A DNA stretch of 64,000 nucleotides from Vicinamibacteria bacterium (GTDB lineage Bacteria > Acidobacteriota > Vicinamibacteria > Marinacidobacterales > Marinacidobacteraceae), in contig OZ219815.1 in the NCBI GenBank assembly GCA_964291235.2, positions 864,001 to 928,000 of the forward strand. The letters are read 5' to 3'. Made by a program: the position numbers and the translations under genes. This document shows, in pieces, positions 1 to 9,510 of the stretch (the stretch's first letter is position 1; every line of letters starts with the position of its first letter). The notes beneath the pieces were generated by a model. That model was not told where the DNA came from. It ran no database searches and saw nothing but the letters and a program-made list of their open reading frames with translations.

Positions 1-2
1 AT

Positions 3-512
3 CCCCGGATTCAGGATCAGCTGGCCGACAGCCTGACCGGGTCCCTGAAGGGCGCTCCGGCTACCGCCAGCGATCTTCTTCGGATTCCGCTGCTGAAACG
101 GGTGGTCCAGGAATCGATGCGTCTCTATCCGCCGCTGTGGATCATTCCGCGCAAGGCCGAACGGGCGAGGGAGTTCGGCGGATTTCGTCTGCCCGCGGGG
201 GCCTACGTCAGCGTGGTCCCGTACGCGCTTCATCGGCACCCCGAGTTCTGGCCGGATCCGGAACGTTTCGACCCGAACCGGTTCCTTCCCAGCAATGTCA
301 AAAATCGTCACTTCTACTCCTATATTCCCTTTGGCGCGGGGCCGCGGACCTGCATAGGGGCGGGGCTCGCAATGCGCCAGGTGCAAATGATCCTGGCCCA
401 GATCATCCAGCGGTTCAGGATACGGATGCCCAACGCGCATCCGGTGGATGTGCAGGGCGGCATCGCCCTCACGCCGCGCTACGGAATTCCGGCAACCCTC
501 ACCCCTCGCTGA
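3..512 (+). CDS. Cytochrome P450, C-terminal part (5' truncated by window edge)
   Basis: Frame open from position 3. ExxR (ESMR), PERF and heme-binding FGAGPRTCIG motifs. Confidence 0.95.
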   Translation, partial: PRIQDQLADSLTGSLKGAPATASDLLRIPLLKRVVQESMRLYPPLWIIPRKAERAREFGGFRLPAGAYVSVVPYALHRHPEFWPDPERFDPNRFLPSNVKNRHFYSYIPFGAGPRTCIGAGLAMRQVQMILAQIIQRFRIRMPNAHPVDVQGGIALTPRYGIPATLTPR

Positions 513-628
513 TTCCGGGTAGCGCCGCCCCCCGCCGCGCGTGCTAGCGTAAGAGTGAGCATCAGGGAACAGAAAATGAGGCAGAAAGCGTTGACCTTCC
601 ACGGCCTCGGGAGGGTCGTGGAGCGGCG

Positions 629-1990
629 ATGAGCGCGGCCGGCGGCAACGGGGACGACGGGAACGGCCGGCGTCCGCCGACCACCCCGCGGTTCTACCGC
701 CTGCGGCAGGCTGCCCGGAACCCGCACACCACCATGCTCGAGATGCTCCGGGAGTACGGGGACCTCATGCGCTGGCGGGGTCTTTTGGACATGTACGTCG
801 TGAACCACCCGGATCTCATCCGCCCGGTGCTGACGCAGGACTACCGCCACTACTCCAAGAACACCACCCACTACCGGATGCTCCGGCAGGTGATGGGGAA
901 CGGCCTTGTCACGAACGACGGGCCGGACTGGGTCCGGCAGCGAAGGCTGATCCAACCGGCGTTCGCGAGCCGCCGGATTGCCCGTTTCGACGGGACGATC
1001 AACGCGCTGACCTCGTCCCTGCTGGCCCGTTGGGACGAGCGGGACCCCTCGGAGGCCGTCTGGATCGACCGGGAGATGAGCGAGCTGACCTTCGACATCG
1101 TCGGTGAGACGCTCTTCGGGCGCGACATCAAGGAGCACGCCCGCGAAATGGGGGAGATTCTCGATGTCGTCAACCTGTCCTCGAACGACCTGCGCTCGTT
1201 CCTGACCCTCTATCCCCGGATCCCCACGCCCTACAACCTCAAGTGGAGACGGGCCATGAAGCGCCTGGACGCCATCGTCTTCGGCCTCATGGCCGAGCGC
1301 GGACCGGGCGGGGACGACAGCGACGATCTCCTGGGCCGCCTCTTTGCGGCCCGCGACGAAGAGACCGGCAAGGGAATGAACGACCGGCAGATCCGGGACG
1401 AGGCCGTGACGCTGATCCTCGCCGGGCACGAGACCTCCGCCATGGCGCTCTCCTGGACGCTCTATCTGCTCGCCACGCATCCGGACATCGAGGACCGGCT
1501 CGTGGAGCATCTCGAGGCCAACCTGCACGGCGAACCAGCGGAGACGGACGACCTCCCCCGGCTCACCTACCTGAAACAGGTCGTGCAGGAAGCGATGCGC
1601 ATCTACCCCCCGGTATGGGGGTATGTGCGCCGCGCGGAAGAGGAAACGGAACTCGGCGGCTACGTGCTGCCGGCGAAGGCCTGGGTCGGGATCGAACCCT
1701 ACGCGCTCCACCGGCATCCGGAGTTCTGGCCCGATCCCGAGCGCTTCGATCCGGAACGGTTCGCGCCGGACCGCGTCCAGGCAAGGGACTTCTTCGCCTA
1801 TCTGCCCTTTGCGGCGGGACCCCGGACCTGCATCGGGGCCGGAATGGCGATGCTCGAAACCCAGTTGATCCTCGCCCAGCTCGTCCCGCGATTCCGGATG
1901 CGCGTCGTCCCCGACCATCCGATCGAGACCGAGGCCCTGGTGACGCTGAAACCGCGCCACGGGATCCCCGTCACCCTCAGCCGGCGCTGA
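629..1990 (+). CDS. Cytochrome P450
   Basis: AGHETS I-helix, EAMR, PERF and FAAGPRTCIG motifs. C-terminus is clearly paralogous to the upstream P450. Confidence 0.97.
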   Translation: MSAAGGNGDDGNGRRPPTTPRFYRLRQAARNPHTTMLEMLREYGDLMRWRGLLDMYVVNHPDLIRPVLTQDYRHYSKNTTHYRMLRQVMGNGLVTNDGPDWVRQRRLIQPAFASRRIARFDGTINALTSSLLARWDERDPSEAVWIDREMSELTFDIVGETLFGRDIKEHAREMGEILDVVNLSSNDLRSFLTLYPRIPTPYNLKWRRAMKRLDAIVFGLMAERGPGGDDSDDLLGRLFAARDEETGKGMNDRQIRDEAVTLILAGHETSAMALSWTLYLLATHPDIEDRLVEHLEANLHGEPAETDDLPRLTYLKQVVQEAMRIYPPVWGYVRRAEEETELGGYVLPAKAWVGIEPYALHRHPEFWPDPERFDPERFAPDRVQARDFFAYLPFAAGPRTCIGAGMAMLETQLILAQLVPRFRMRVVPDHPIETEALVTLKPRHGIPVTLSRR

Positions 1991-2099
1991 CCCGACCTTC
2001 CAAACAAGTTTCCGCCCCTGCCAGCCGGTAGAATCCGGCCCCCGCTCCTGACGAGTTGTCCTGACGAGCGAGCCTCCCGGAAACACCGGGGCCTGAGCA

Positions 2100-3413
2100 A
2101 TGACCGAGCGAGCCACCGAATCCGACCTCGGCAACGTCTTCGTCTCCAACTACCCGCCCTATTCCCGCTGGAATCCGGACCAGGTGCCGGCTCTGCACGA
2201 AGTCCTCGGCGAGGCGCCGGGGCCGAATCCGGCCGACCTCGGGCTCTACCTGCACATTCCCTTCTGCCGGAAGCGCTGCAAGTTCTGCTATTTCCGGGTC
2301 TATACGGACAAGAACAGCAAGGAGGTCGAGCGCTACCTCGACGGGCTGGCGCGGGAAGTCGAGATCTACGCGGCCCAGCCGTTCCTGACCGGCCGGCCGC
2401 TCCACTTCGTCTATTTCGGTGGGGGCACCCCGTCTTTCATCAGTCCGAAGCAGCTCTCGGGGTTGGTGGTCCGGCTGAAGGACGCCTTCTCCTGGTCGGA
2501 AGTGGACGAAGTCGCCTTCGAGTGCGAACCGGGCACCCTGACCGAAGCCAAGGTCCACGCGATCCGGGGCATCGGCGTCACGCGGCTGAGTCTCGGCCTC
2601 GAAAACATGAACGACGAGATCCTGCGGGAGAACGGGCGGGCCCACACCACCAAGGAGATCCACCGTTGCATGCCCTGGATCCGGGAGGCGGACTTCCAGC
2701 AGGTCAACGTGGACCTGATCGCCGGGATGCTGGGCGAAACCTGGGAGCTCTGGCGCGACACGGTGCAGCAGACGATCGATCTCGACCCGGACAGCATCAC
2801 CGTTTACCAGATGGAACTGCCCTACAACACGGTGTACGCCAAGACGATCCTGGGAAGCGACACCGAGGCGCCGCTCTTCGCGAGCTGGCAGACTCGCCGC
2901 GACTGGCACGCCTACGCCTTCGAGCAGTTCGCGAACGCGGGCTACGAACCCTCAAGCGCCTATACGGTAAAGAAGGCGGGGCGCGGGGCGCGCTTCACCT
3001 ACCGTGACGCTTTATGGCGTGGCGCCGACATGATGGCGACGGGTGTGTCATCTTTTGGCCATCTGCGGGGAGTGCACTACCAGAACACTTCGTCCTGGGA
3101 CTCCTACCTGGAGGCGCTCGGACAGGGCTCGCTCCCCGTCGATCGCGCCCTCGCCACCTCTTCCAGGGAACGCCTGATCCGGGAGACCATCCTGCAACTG
3201 AAGCTCGGGCATCTGAACCCCGCCTACTTCCGCGACAAATTCGGGGTCGAGCTGACCGACGAGTTCGGCTCCGCGTTCGACAAGCTCGAGCGGGAGAGCA
3301 TGGTGACCCGCTACGGAGACAACATCCGGCTGACCCCACAGGGCCTCCTGCGGGTGGACTCCCTCCTTCCGGAGTTCTACGAACCCGAGAACCGGAACGT
3401 CGCCTACGTTTGA
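2100..3413 (+). CDS. HemN-like radical SAM protein (coproporphyrinogen III oxidase family / class C radical SAM)
   Basis: LYLHIPFCRKRCKFCYF (CxxxCxxC), YFGGGTPS, RLSLG, NVDLIAG and a HemN_C-like tail. Confidence 0.9.
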   Translation: MTERATESDLGNVFVSNYPPYSRWNPDQVPALHEVLGEAPGPNPADLGLYLHIPFCRKRCKFCYFRVYTDKNSKEVERYLDGLAREVEIYAAQPFLTGRPLHFVYFGGGTPSFISPKQLSGLVVRLKDAFSWSEVDEVAFECEPGTLTEAKVHAIRGIGVTRLSLGLENMNDEILRENGRAHTTKEIHRCMPWIREADFQQVNVDLIAGMLGETWELWRDTVQQTIDLDPDSITVYQMELPYNTVYAKTILGSDTEAPLFASWQTRRDWHAYAFEQFANAGYEPSSAYTVKKAGRGARFTYRDALWRGADMMATGVSSFGHLRGVHYQNTSSWDSYLEALGQGSLPVDRALATSSRERLIRETILQLKLGHLNPAYFRDKFGVELTDEFGSAFDKLERESMVTRYGDNIRLTPQGLLRVDSLLPEFYEPENRNVAYV

Positions 3414-3441
3414 CGGGGCTCGCGCGCCGGTTCCCACCCCC

Positions 3442-4689
3442 GTGTTTCGAGAGCCGCCGGATGTCGTCGTCATGGGCGGCGGGCCGGCCGGCAGCACCGT
3501 AGCGACGCTGGTCGCGAAACAGGGCTTCCGGGTCGCCCTCCTCGAACGCGAGAAGGAGCCGCCCTTCAAGGTCGGTGAGTCCCTGGTTCCTTACACCTAC
3601 GAGACGTTCGAGCGGCTCGGGCTCGTCGAGCGCCTGAAGGAAAGCCATTTCCAGAAGAAGCACAGCGTCCAGTTCTTCAGCGCTTCGGGACGCGGCTCGG
3701 CGCCTTTCTACTTTTCCGAGACCGACCCGCACGAGCGCTCCACCACCTGGCAGGTCCGGCGCAGCGAACTCGACGGACTTCTGCTGGAGAACGCGGTACA
3801 GCACGGCGCGGAGCTCCGGCAGGGCGTTCAGGTGCAGGACGTGCTGTTCCACGGAGACCGGGCGGTGGGAGTGAGAGCACGCGCACCGGAAGGCCCTCCG
3901 GTCGATATCTCCGCCCGGGTGGTGGTGGACGCCACCGGCCGGAGCGCGCTGATCGCCCGCAAGCTCGGTCTAAAGGTTTCCGAACCGCACCTGCAGAAGG
4001 TGTCGATCTTCAGCCACTTCCGCGGTGCGCAGCGCGATGCGGGCCTCGCCGAGGGGGCGACCCTGATCATGCATACCCGGAACCGGGACTCCTGGTTCTG
4101 GTACATCCCGCTCGCCGGCGACATCGTGAGCGTCGGGGTGGTGGGCGATCTCGACTACCTGTTGCCGCCGGGAAGTGACGCTCAGGCCCGCTTCGAGGAG
4201 GAGATCCGGAACTGCCCGGCGCTCGCGGAGCGGGTGGCCGGCGCCGAACAGACGATGCCGGTCCGGGTCGTGCAGGATTTTTCCTACTGCGCCGAGCGTA
4301 TCGCCGGGGACGGCTGGGTTCTCGTCGGCGACGCGTTCGCGTTCCTCGATCCCATCTACTCGACCGGGGTGTTGCTCGCGCTCAGGTCAGGAGAGTGGGC
4401 TGCTGACGCTATTTGTCATGGCCTGACGAACGATGACGTGTCCGGCGCGACCCTGGGCGCGTTCGGCGACGAGTTCATCGCCGGCATGCGCGCGTTTCGG
4501 AAGGTGGTGTACGCCTTCTACGACCGCCGCTTCAACTTTGCGGACTTTCTCAAGGCACATCCGGAATGCCGGCAGGGCGTGATCGACATCCTCTCGGGCA
4601 ACGTCTTCGGATCGGGCGTGGAGAGCATCTTCGGACCGATGGAAGCGATGGCCCGGTTGCCTGCGGACCGGAGCGTGGGCGCCGTCTGA
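3442..4689 (+). CDS. FAD-dependent oxidoreductase, flavin-dependent halogenase family
   Basis: GGGPAG FAD motif, KVGESL, DATGR, WFWYIP (WxWxIP), GDAFAFLDPIYSTG. Confidence 0.88.
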   Translation: MFREPPDVVVMGGGPAGSTVATLVAKQGFRVALLEREKEPPFKVGESLVPYTYETFERLGLVERLKESHFQKKHSVQFFSASGRGSAPFYFSETDPHERSTTWQVRRSELDGLLLENAVQHGAELRQGVQVQDVLFHGDRAVGVRARAPEGPPVDISARVVVDATGRSALIARKLGLKVSEPHLQKVSIFSHFRGAQRDAGLAEGATLIMHTRNRDSWFWYIPLAGDIVSVGVVGDLDYLLPPGSDAQARFEEEIRNCPALAERVAGAEQTMPVRVVQDFSYCAERIAGDGWVLVGDAFAFLDPIYSTGVLLALRSGEWAADAICHGLTNDDVSGATLGAFGDEFIAGMRAFRKVVYAFYDRRFNFADFLKAHPECRQGVIDILSGNVFGSGVESIFGPMEAMARLPADRSVGAV

Positions 4690-4705
4690 GCCCGGCGCGA
4701 GTCCC

Positions 4706-6202
4706 TTGCAGCTCGGGGAGATCCTGCGGCTCGCCGCCCGGCGGTCGCCGCGGAAGACGGCGGTCGTCGCCGGGGGGCGGCGGCTCGACTTCGAGGAATA
4801 CGACCGACTGGCGAACCGGTTTGCGAACGTCCTGATCGGGGCGGGCGTCGGGCCCGGCGACCACGTCGCGAGCCTCATGTTCAACAGCCCCGACTACGGC
4901 ATCGTCCATTTCGGGAACGCCCGGGCGGGGAGCGTCCTCGTCCACATTCCGCCGCTCTATGCCGCGGCCGAGATCGCGGACATCCTGGCGCGTACCCGCC
5001 CGCGGGTCCTGGTGGTGGATGCGGCGGTCCGGGACCGGGTGGGCGCGGGGGTCCTGGACGCCGTTCCCAACGTGATGGTCGCGGGCGATCAAGCGTTTGG
5101 TGATGCACTGGCGGTGGCTTCCGATGATGCACCGGCTCGGGATATCGATCCCGCGGCGCCGGTCGCGATGACGTTCACGGGAGGCACCACCGGCGGGCCA
5201 AAGGGAGCGGTGGTCAGCCACCGGGCGCGCTACGTCTCCGCGAAGACCACGGCGCTCGAACACCAGGTGACGAGCGAAGACGTCGTCGGGGTCGTCACCC
5301 CTATGTTCCACGCGGTGGGGCTGATGATCTGGTACCAAGCCTCGATCCTCGCCGGCGCCACGGCGGTGATCTTCCGGAAGTGGGATCCCGCGGATTTCGT
5401 GGCGCAGACCGAGCGTCACCGGATCTCGTCGGTGTTCCTGGTCCCGGTCCAGGTGCGCGACCTGCTCCGCTCGCCGGCCTTCGACCGGGAACGGCTGGCT
5501 TCGCTCCGAAACATCGGGGTGGGCGGAGCGCCGACGCCGCCCGGTCTCATCGCGGAGTGCCGGGAGGCCCTGCCCGACTGTGGATACACGGATCACTACG
5601 GCCAGTCCGAGACCGGGCCCCTGACGATCCTGAAGCCCGGGGACACCGCGACGCACGCCGGCACGGTCGGCAAGCCGGCGGCGGGAGTGGATCTCCGGAT
5701 CGTCGATCCGGAGGGGAACCCGGTCCCTCCGGGCGCCATCGGAGAGCTGGTGACCCGCGGGCCCTACCTGATGGAGGGGTACTTCGGAAACGAGGACGAG
5801 ACGGCCCGCTACTTCCGGGACGGCTGGGGCTGGACCGGCGATCTGGCGACCGCCGACGAGGACGGCTACGTCACGCTGGTGGGGAGATCCCGCGAGGTAA
5901 TCATCTCGGGCGGCTTCAACATCTACCCCGCCGAGCTCGAGACGGCGCTCGGCGCCCACCCCGCGGTCGAGGACTGCACGGTCTTCGGCGTCCCGGACGA
6001 CCGCTGGGGCGAAGCCCCAGTCGCATACGTGGTGCCCGCCGTCGACGTCTCGGCGGACAAACTCATCGCCCACTGCGCGGACCAACTGGCCCGCTACAAG
6101 CGCCCCCGCGAGATCGTCTTCGTGGACAACATCCCCCGCACCCCGTCCGGCAAGGTCCAAAAGCCCCTCCTCCGCGCCGCCTACCTGAAGCTGGCTGAGT
6201 AG
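4706..6202 (+). CDS. AMP-binding acyl-CoA ligase
   Basis: FTGGTTGGPKG AMP-binding motif, YGQSETG, TGDL, PRTPSGKVQK. Confidence 0.93.
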   Translation: MQLGEILRLAARRSPRKTAVVAGGRRLDFEEYDRLANRFANVLIGAGVGPGDHVASLMFNSPDYGIVHFGNARAGSVLVHIPPLYAAAEIADILARTRPRVLVVDAAVRDRVGAGVLDAVPNVMVAGDQAFGDALAVASDDAPARDIDPAAPVAMTFTGGTTGGPKGAVVSHRARYVSAKTTALEHQVTSEDVVGVVTPMFHAVGLMIWYQASILAGATAVIFRKWDPADFVAQTERHRISSVFLVPVQVRDLLRSPAFDRERLASLRNIGVGGAPTPPGLIAECREALPDCGYTDHYGQSETGPLTILKPGDTATHAGTVGKPAAGVDLRIVDPEGNPVPPGAIGELVTRGPYLMEGYFGNEDETARYFRDGWGWTGDLATADEDGYVTLVGRSREVIISGGFNIYPAELETALGAHPAVEDCTVFGVPDDRWGEAPVAYVVPAVDVSADKLIAHCADQLARYKRPREIVFVDNIPRTPSGKVQKPLLRAAYLKLAE

Positions 6203-6210
6203 TCGGCAAG

Positions 6211-6490
6211 AGCGCCGACCTCCAGGCCGGCATCGCTCCCCCAGGGGAGCGAAACCGCGCATCGCCAGCCGCGCCGAAGCACGGGGACCGCTGGGAACGC
6301 CGGCCTCCAGGCCGGCACAGCCCGCCGCAGGCGGGCGGCGGGACAGCCCCCCAACAGCCTTCGCGTCACCGCAGGCACGGGAACGCCGGTCTCCAGACCG
6401 GCACAGCCCGCCGCAGGCGGGCGGCGGGACAGCCCCCCAACAGCCTTCGCGTCACCGCAGGCACGGGAACGCCGGCCTCCACGCCGGCAC
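6211..6490 (+). repeat. Tandem array of REP-like palindromic units (86-bp period)
   Basis: Units start GGGAACGCCGG at 6293, 6379 and 6465 (last partial), with a degenerate copy at ~6211. Each full unit has hairpins GCCGGCC-TCCA-GGCCGGC and GCCCGCC-GCA-GGCGGGC. Confidence 0.9.
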
Positions 6491-6572
6491 CGCTCCCCGG
6501 AGCGGAGCGCTCACAAAATCCCTTCCCCCTCACGACGTGTCCCAGTCCACAATCCCCCCCAGGAGAACCCCT

Positions 6573-6971
6573 ATGCCATCCACCGTCGCTACCTTCCTCA
6601 TGTTCGAGGGCAGCCAGGCCGAAGAGGCCATGAACTTCTACGTCCAGGTCATTCCGGACAGCGAGATCCTGAACGTCCAGCGTCACGGCCCGGAGGGCCC
6701 CGGCCCCGAAGGCTCCATCTTCGTCGCCTCCTTCTCCCTCCGCGGCCAGGCGGTGATGGTGAGCGACAGCTACATCAGCCACGACTTCACCTTCACGCCT
6801 TCAATCTCTCTGTTCGTCACCTGCCAGAGCGAGGAGGAACTCACGGAGATCACCACCGCCCTCGCCGAAGGCGGCGAGTACCTGATGCCGCTCGACAACT
6901 ACGGCTTCAGCCGCCGCTTCGCGTGGGTGGTAGACCGCTTCGGCGTGTCGTGGCAGTTGAACCTGCCGTAG
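6573..6971 (+). CDS. VOC/PhnB family protein (3-demethylubiquinone-9 3-methyltransferase-like)
   Basis: TFLMF..AEEAMNFY, FTFTPSISLFV, YGFSRRFAWVVDRFGVSWQL. AGGAG RBS before ATG 6573. Confidence 0.92.
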   Translation: MPSTVATFLMFEGSQAEEAMNFYVQVIPDSEILNVQRHGPEGPGPEGSIFVASFSLRGQAVMVSDSYISHDFTFTPSISLFVTCQSEEELTEITTALAEGGEYLMPLDNYGFSRRFAWVVDRFGVSWQLNLP

Positions 6972-7011
6972 GGGATCGAACAGCGACTAAGCCCGCCCGG
7001 GGATCAGTTCG

Positions 7012-7476
7012 TTATTCGCTTCCGAGTTCCTCCAGCTCGATTTTGTACCAGTCATCCGCAGGGTGAACGACTTTTGTTGCGCGGATCTCGAAAATCCAGG
7101 AGTCGTCCTCGTACGCTATTGCTTCCGGTGGACGAATCTCTGCACGCTCGGTGTTGAAGGTCTCATGCCATGTTCCGGCCTGCAACAAGTTTCTATGTGC
7201 TGCCATGAGGCCATCACTCACGCCCGTGACGAAATTGTCGAGATCGCCCTTCGCTTTGAGAGCCTTTTGGCGAGCTTCGGTGTCCAGCGTTTCCCATTCT
7301 GGAATTCCGACGTGAACGGTCAGAGTCAATCGGACTTTCCCAGTCAGTAACCCCTCGAGTTTCTTGTCAGCTTCGTCCCGGAGCTTAATCAGCCTTTTGG
7401 CCTGTTCCTTGTTAGCCCACATTGACCCCCTCACGCTCTTGTGCGGTGGCAAGCCAGCCACTTCGAAACCCGGCAT
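7012..7476 (-). CDS. RusA-like hypothetical protein (lower GC)
   Basis: DLDNF...DGL and YEDDSWI resemble RusA acidic motifs. Strong GGAGGAGG RBS. Confidence 0.6.
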   Translation of the reverse strand: MPGFEVAGLPPHKSVRGSMWANKEQAKRLIKLRDEADKKLEGLLTGKVRLTLTVHVGIPEWETLDTEARQKALKAKGDLDNFVTGVSDGLMAAHRNLLQAGTWHETFNTERAEIRPPEAIAYEDDSWIFEIRATKVVHPADDWYKIELEELGSE

Positions 7477-7539
7477 TCCTAGCCTCCTCCTAATCTAACG
7501 CCTAGTCGAGAGTGGCAGCAGAACGAGTGCAGCATCGCG

Positions 7540-8226
7540 TTAGAAATCCACCCCCACCGCGTTCGACAGAAACTTGACGAACGGCGCACCCCGCCGCGCG
7601 ATCCCGGCGAACCACTCGAGCAGATCGTCCCGCAGCGCCTCTTCCTCGGCGAAGCTGGTAACCGCCACGAAATCCTTGCGTTTCAGGTCCTCGACCAGGG
7701 GGTGGTTGGGGTCGTAGCCCCGTGGCGGCCGCTTCAGCGACTCTCCTTCCAGCTCGAATGTTTCGGTGAACTGCTGAGCCTTCGTGATCCGCGTCCAGTC
7801 GTCCTGCCCTTCATGGATCGCTTCGCGAATCTTCGTCACTGTCAGGCCGTCCGGCCGCCAGACGCCGCACGCGGCGAAGCAGATCCCCGGTTCGAGGTGG
7901 AGGTAAAAGCCCGGAGCGTGGGCGTCCTTGCCGGCGGCGTGGCGGAAATGCGCCCCGACGTTCGTCTTGTAGGGCGTTTTGTCCCGTGAGAACCGGGTGT
8001 CCCGGTAGATCCGGAAGAGTGAGCCCCCGTTCGCCCGCGGGTCGGCCACGAAGTGGGGGCTGATCTCGGCGAGTGGCGCCGCAAAGTCAGCGATGAACCC
8101 GAGCATCGGATCGCGCACGTCGGCCAGATAGCGCCCCTTGTTGGCCGCGAACCACTCGCGATCGTTGTTGTCCCGCAGGTCACGCAGAAAATCGAAGAGC
8201 GCACCTGCAATCGGCTGGGTCGTCAT
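7540..8226 (-). CDS. DUF2461 family protein
   Basis: LFDFLRDLRDNNDREWF, FRIYRDTRFSRDKTPYK, LKRPPRGY motifs. Confidence 0.92.
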   Translation of the reverse strand: MTTQPIAGALFDFLRDLRDNNDREWFAANKGRYLADVRDPMLGFIADFAAPLAEISPHFVADPRANGGSLFRIYRDTRFSRDKTPYKTNVGAHFRHAAGKDAHAPGFYLHLEPGICFAACGVWRPDGLTVTKIREAIHEGQDDWTRITKAQQFTETFELEGESLKRPPRGYDPNHPLVEDLKRKDFVAVTSFAEEEALRDDLLEWFAGIARRGAPFVKFLSNAVGVDF

Positions 8227-8326
8227 GTACTGGCCTCTCCCGGTCGGTGGGCGCGGACGGTACCGCAGCAACGCCAGCCGTCAGATCGGCTCGCACCGTC
8301 GCGATAGCCTCCGCCCCACGGACCCG

Positions 8327-9478
8327 ATGCCGGACGCCGCTACCCCCGAGACCGCCGCCGAAACGCGGCCGGATCTCATCCGGCGCGCCGAAGTCCGCGT
8401 TCCCACGCGTGCGTTCGACGCCGACATGCGTTTTTTCATCGACGCGCTCGGCTTCCGGCTCGACCGCATCTGGCCCGCCGATGCGCCCGCCTTCGCGGCG
8501 CTCTCGGGACACGGGACGGCGATTCTGCTGGAACGGAGCACGGATCCGGACCCGGTGGCGCTCCGGCTCTACGCCGACGACCCGCAGCGGTTCGCGGACG
8601 GGGAGACCGAGCTGATCACCCCCGGCGGCCACCGGATTGCCGTCCAGGACGCGAATCCGCCGCTCCTCATTCCCGACGCGCAGCACGAACTGGTGGTGCG
8701 GCGGCTTGCGGACAGCGAGTCCTGGGTCATCGGCCGCGCGGGCATGCACTACCGCGACCTGCTGCCCGATCGCCTCGGCGGCGCCATCATCGCCTCCCAC
8801 ATCCGCATCGCCGACGCGGGACCGGTGGCCGACATGGTCCACTACCACACGGTCGGCTTCCAGCTCATCTTCTGCCACCGCGGCTGGGTGCGGCTCGTTT
8901 ACGAGGACCAGGGGCCTCCCTTCGTGTTGGGCGCCGGCGACTGCCTGATCCAGCCCCCGGAGATTCGGCATCGGGTACTCGAGGCCTCGGCCGGCGTCGA
9001 GGTGATCGAGATCGGCGTTCCCGCCGAGCATCTCACCAGCGTCGATCACGAGATGGAGCTGCCCACCCCGCACTTCCGCCCCGACCGGGAGTTCCAGGGC
9101 ACGAAGTTCGTCCTCCACCGGGAGGCGGAGGCGACCTGGGAACCCTGGCGAATCCCGGGCTTCGAGGCCCGCGAGACCGGGATCGGCGCGGCGACGAAGG
9201 GGGTCGCCGGGGTTCAGGTGGCGCGGCGCGTTCCGGGCGTCGAAATTCCGCCGACCCGTCACGACACGGACATCCTCTTCGGATTCCTGCGGACGGGGTC
9301 CCTGACACTGACCGCCGAGGGGCATCCGAGCCGGCCACTCACCGAGGGAGATGCCTTCGTGCTACCTCCGCGGCTCGCGGTCCTGATCGCGGAGCCGTCG
9401 GACGATCTGGAGATTCTGGAGGTGACGCTGCCCGCGGGGTTCGCGACCGAACGCATCGGAACGCGCTCCGCCCGCTGA
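8327..9478 (+). CDS. Glyoxalase-like N-terminus plus double cupin domain protein
   Basis: GRAGMHYRDL, HYHTVGFQLIFC, GDCLIQPPEIRHRV cupin motifs and a second C-terminal cupin. Confidence 0.82.
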   Translation: MPDAATPETAAETRPDLIRRAEVRVPTRAFDADMRFFIDALGFRLDRIWPADAPAFAALSGHGTAILLERSTDPDPVALRLYADDPQRFADGETELITPGGHRIAVQDANPPLLIPDAQHELVVRRLADSESWVIGRAGMHYRDLLPDRLGGAIIASHIRIADAGPVADMVHYHTVGFQLIFCHRGWVRLVYEDQGPPFVLGAGDCLIQPPEIRHRVLEASAGVEVIEIGVPAEHLTSVDHEMELPTPHFRPDREFQGTKFVLHREAEATWEPWRIPGFEARETGIGAATKGVAGVQVARRVPGVEIPPTRHDTDILFGFLRTGSLTLTAEGHPSRPLTEGDAFVLPPRLAVLIAEPSDDLEILEVTLPAGFATERIGTRSAR

Positions 9479-9510
9479 CCGATGCGGGTCTCGCGCTTCC
9501 GCTTCCACGC

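Noticed and set aside
479-2149. Long antisense and alternate-frame ORFs (also 4550-6262, 38253-40166, 43468-45324, 52312-54057 and others)
   Set aside because: They overlap motif-supported genes, have no motifs of their own, and are expected from stop-codon scarcity at high GC.
6293-6490. Tandem repeats as a CRISPR array
   Set aside because: Inter-hairpin sequences are identical rather than unique spacers, no cas genes are present, and the unit recurs singly elsewhere.
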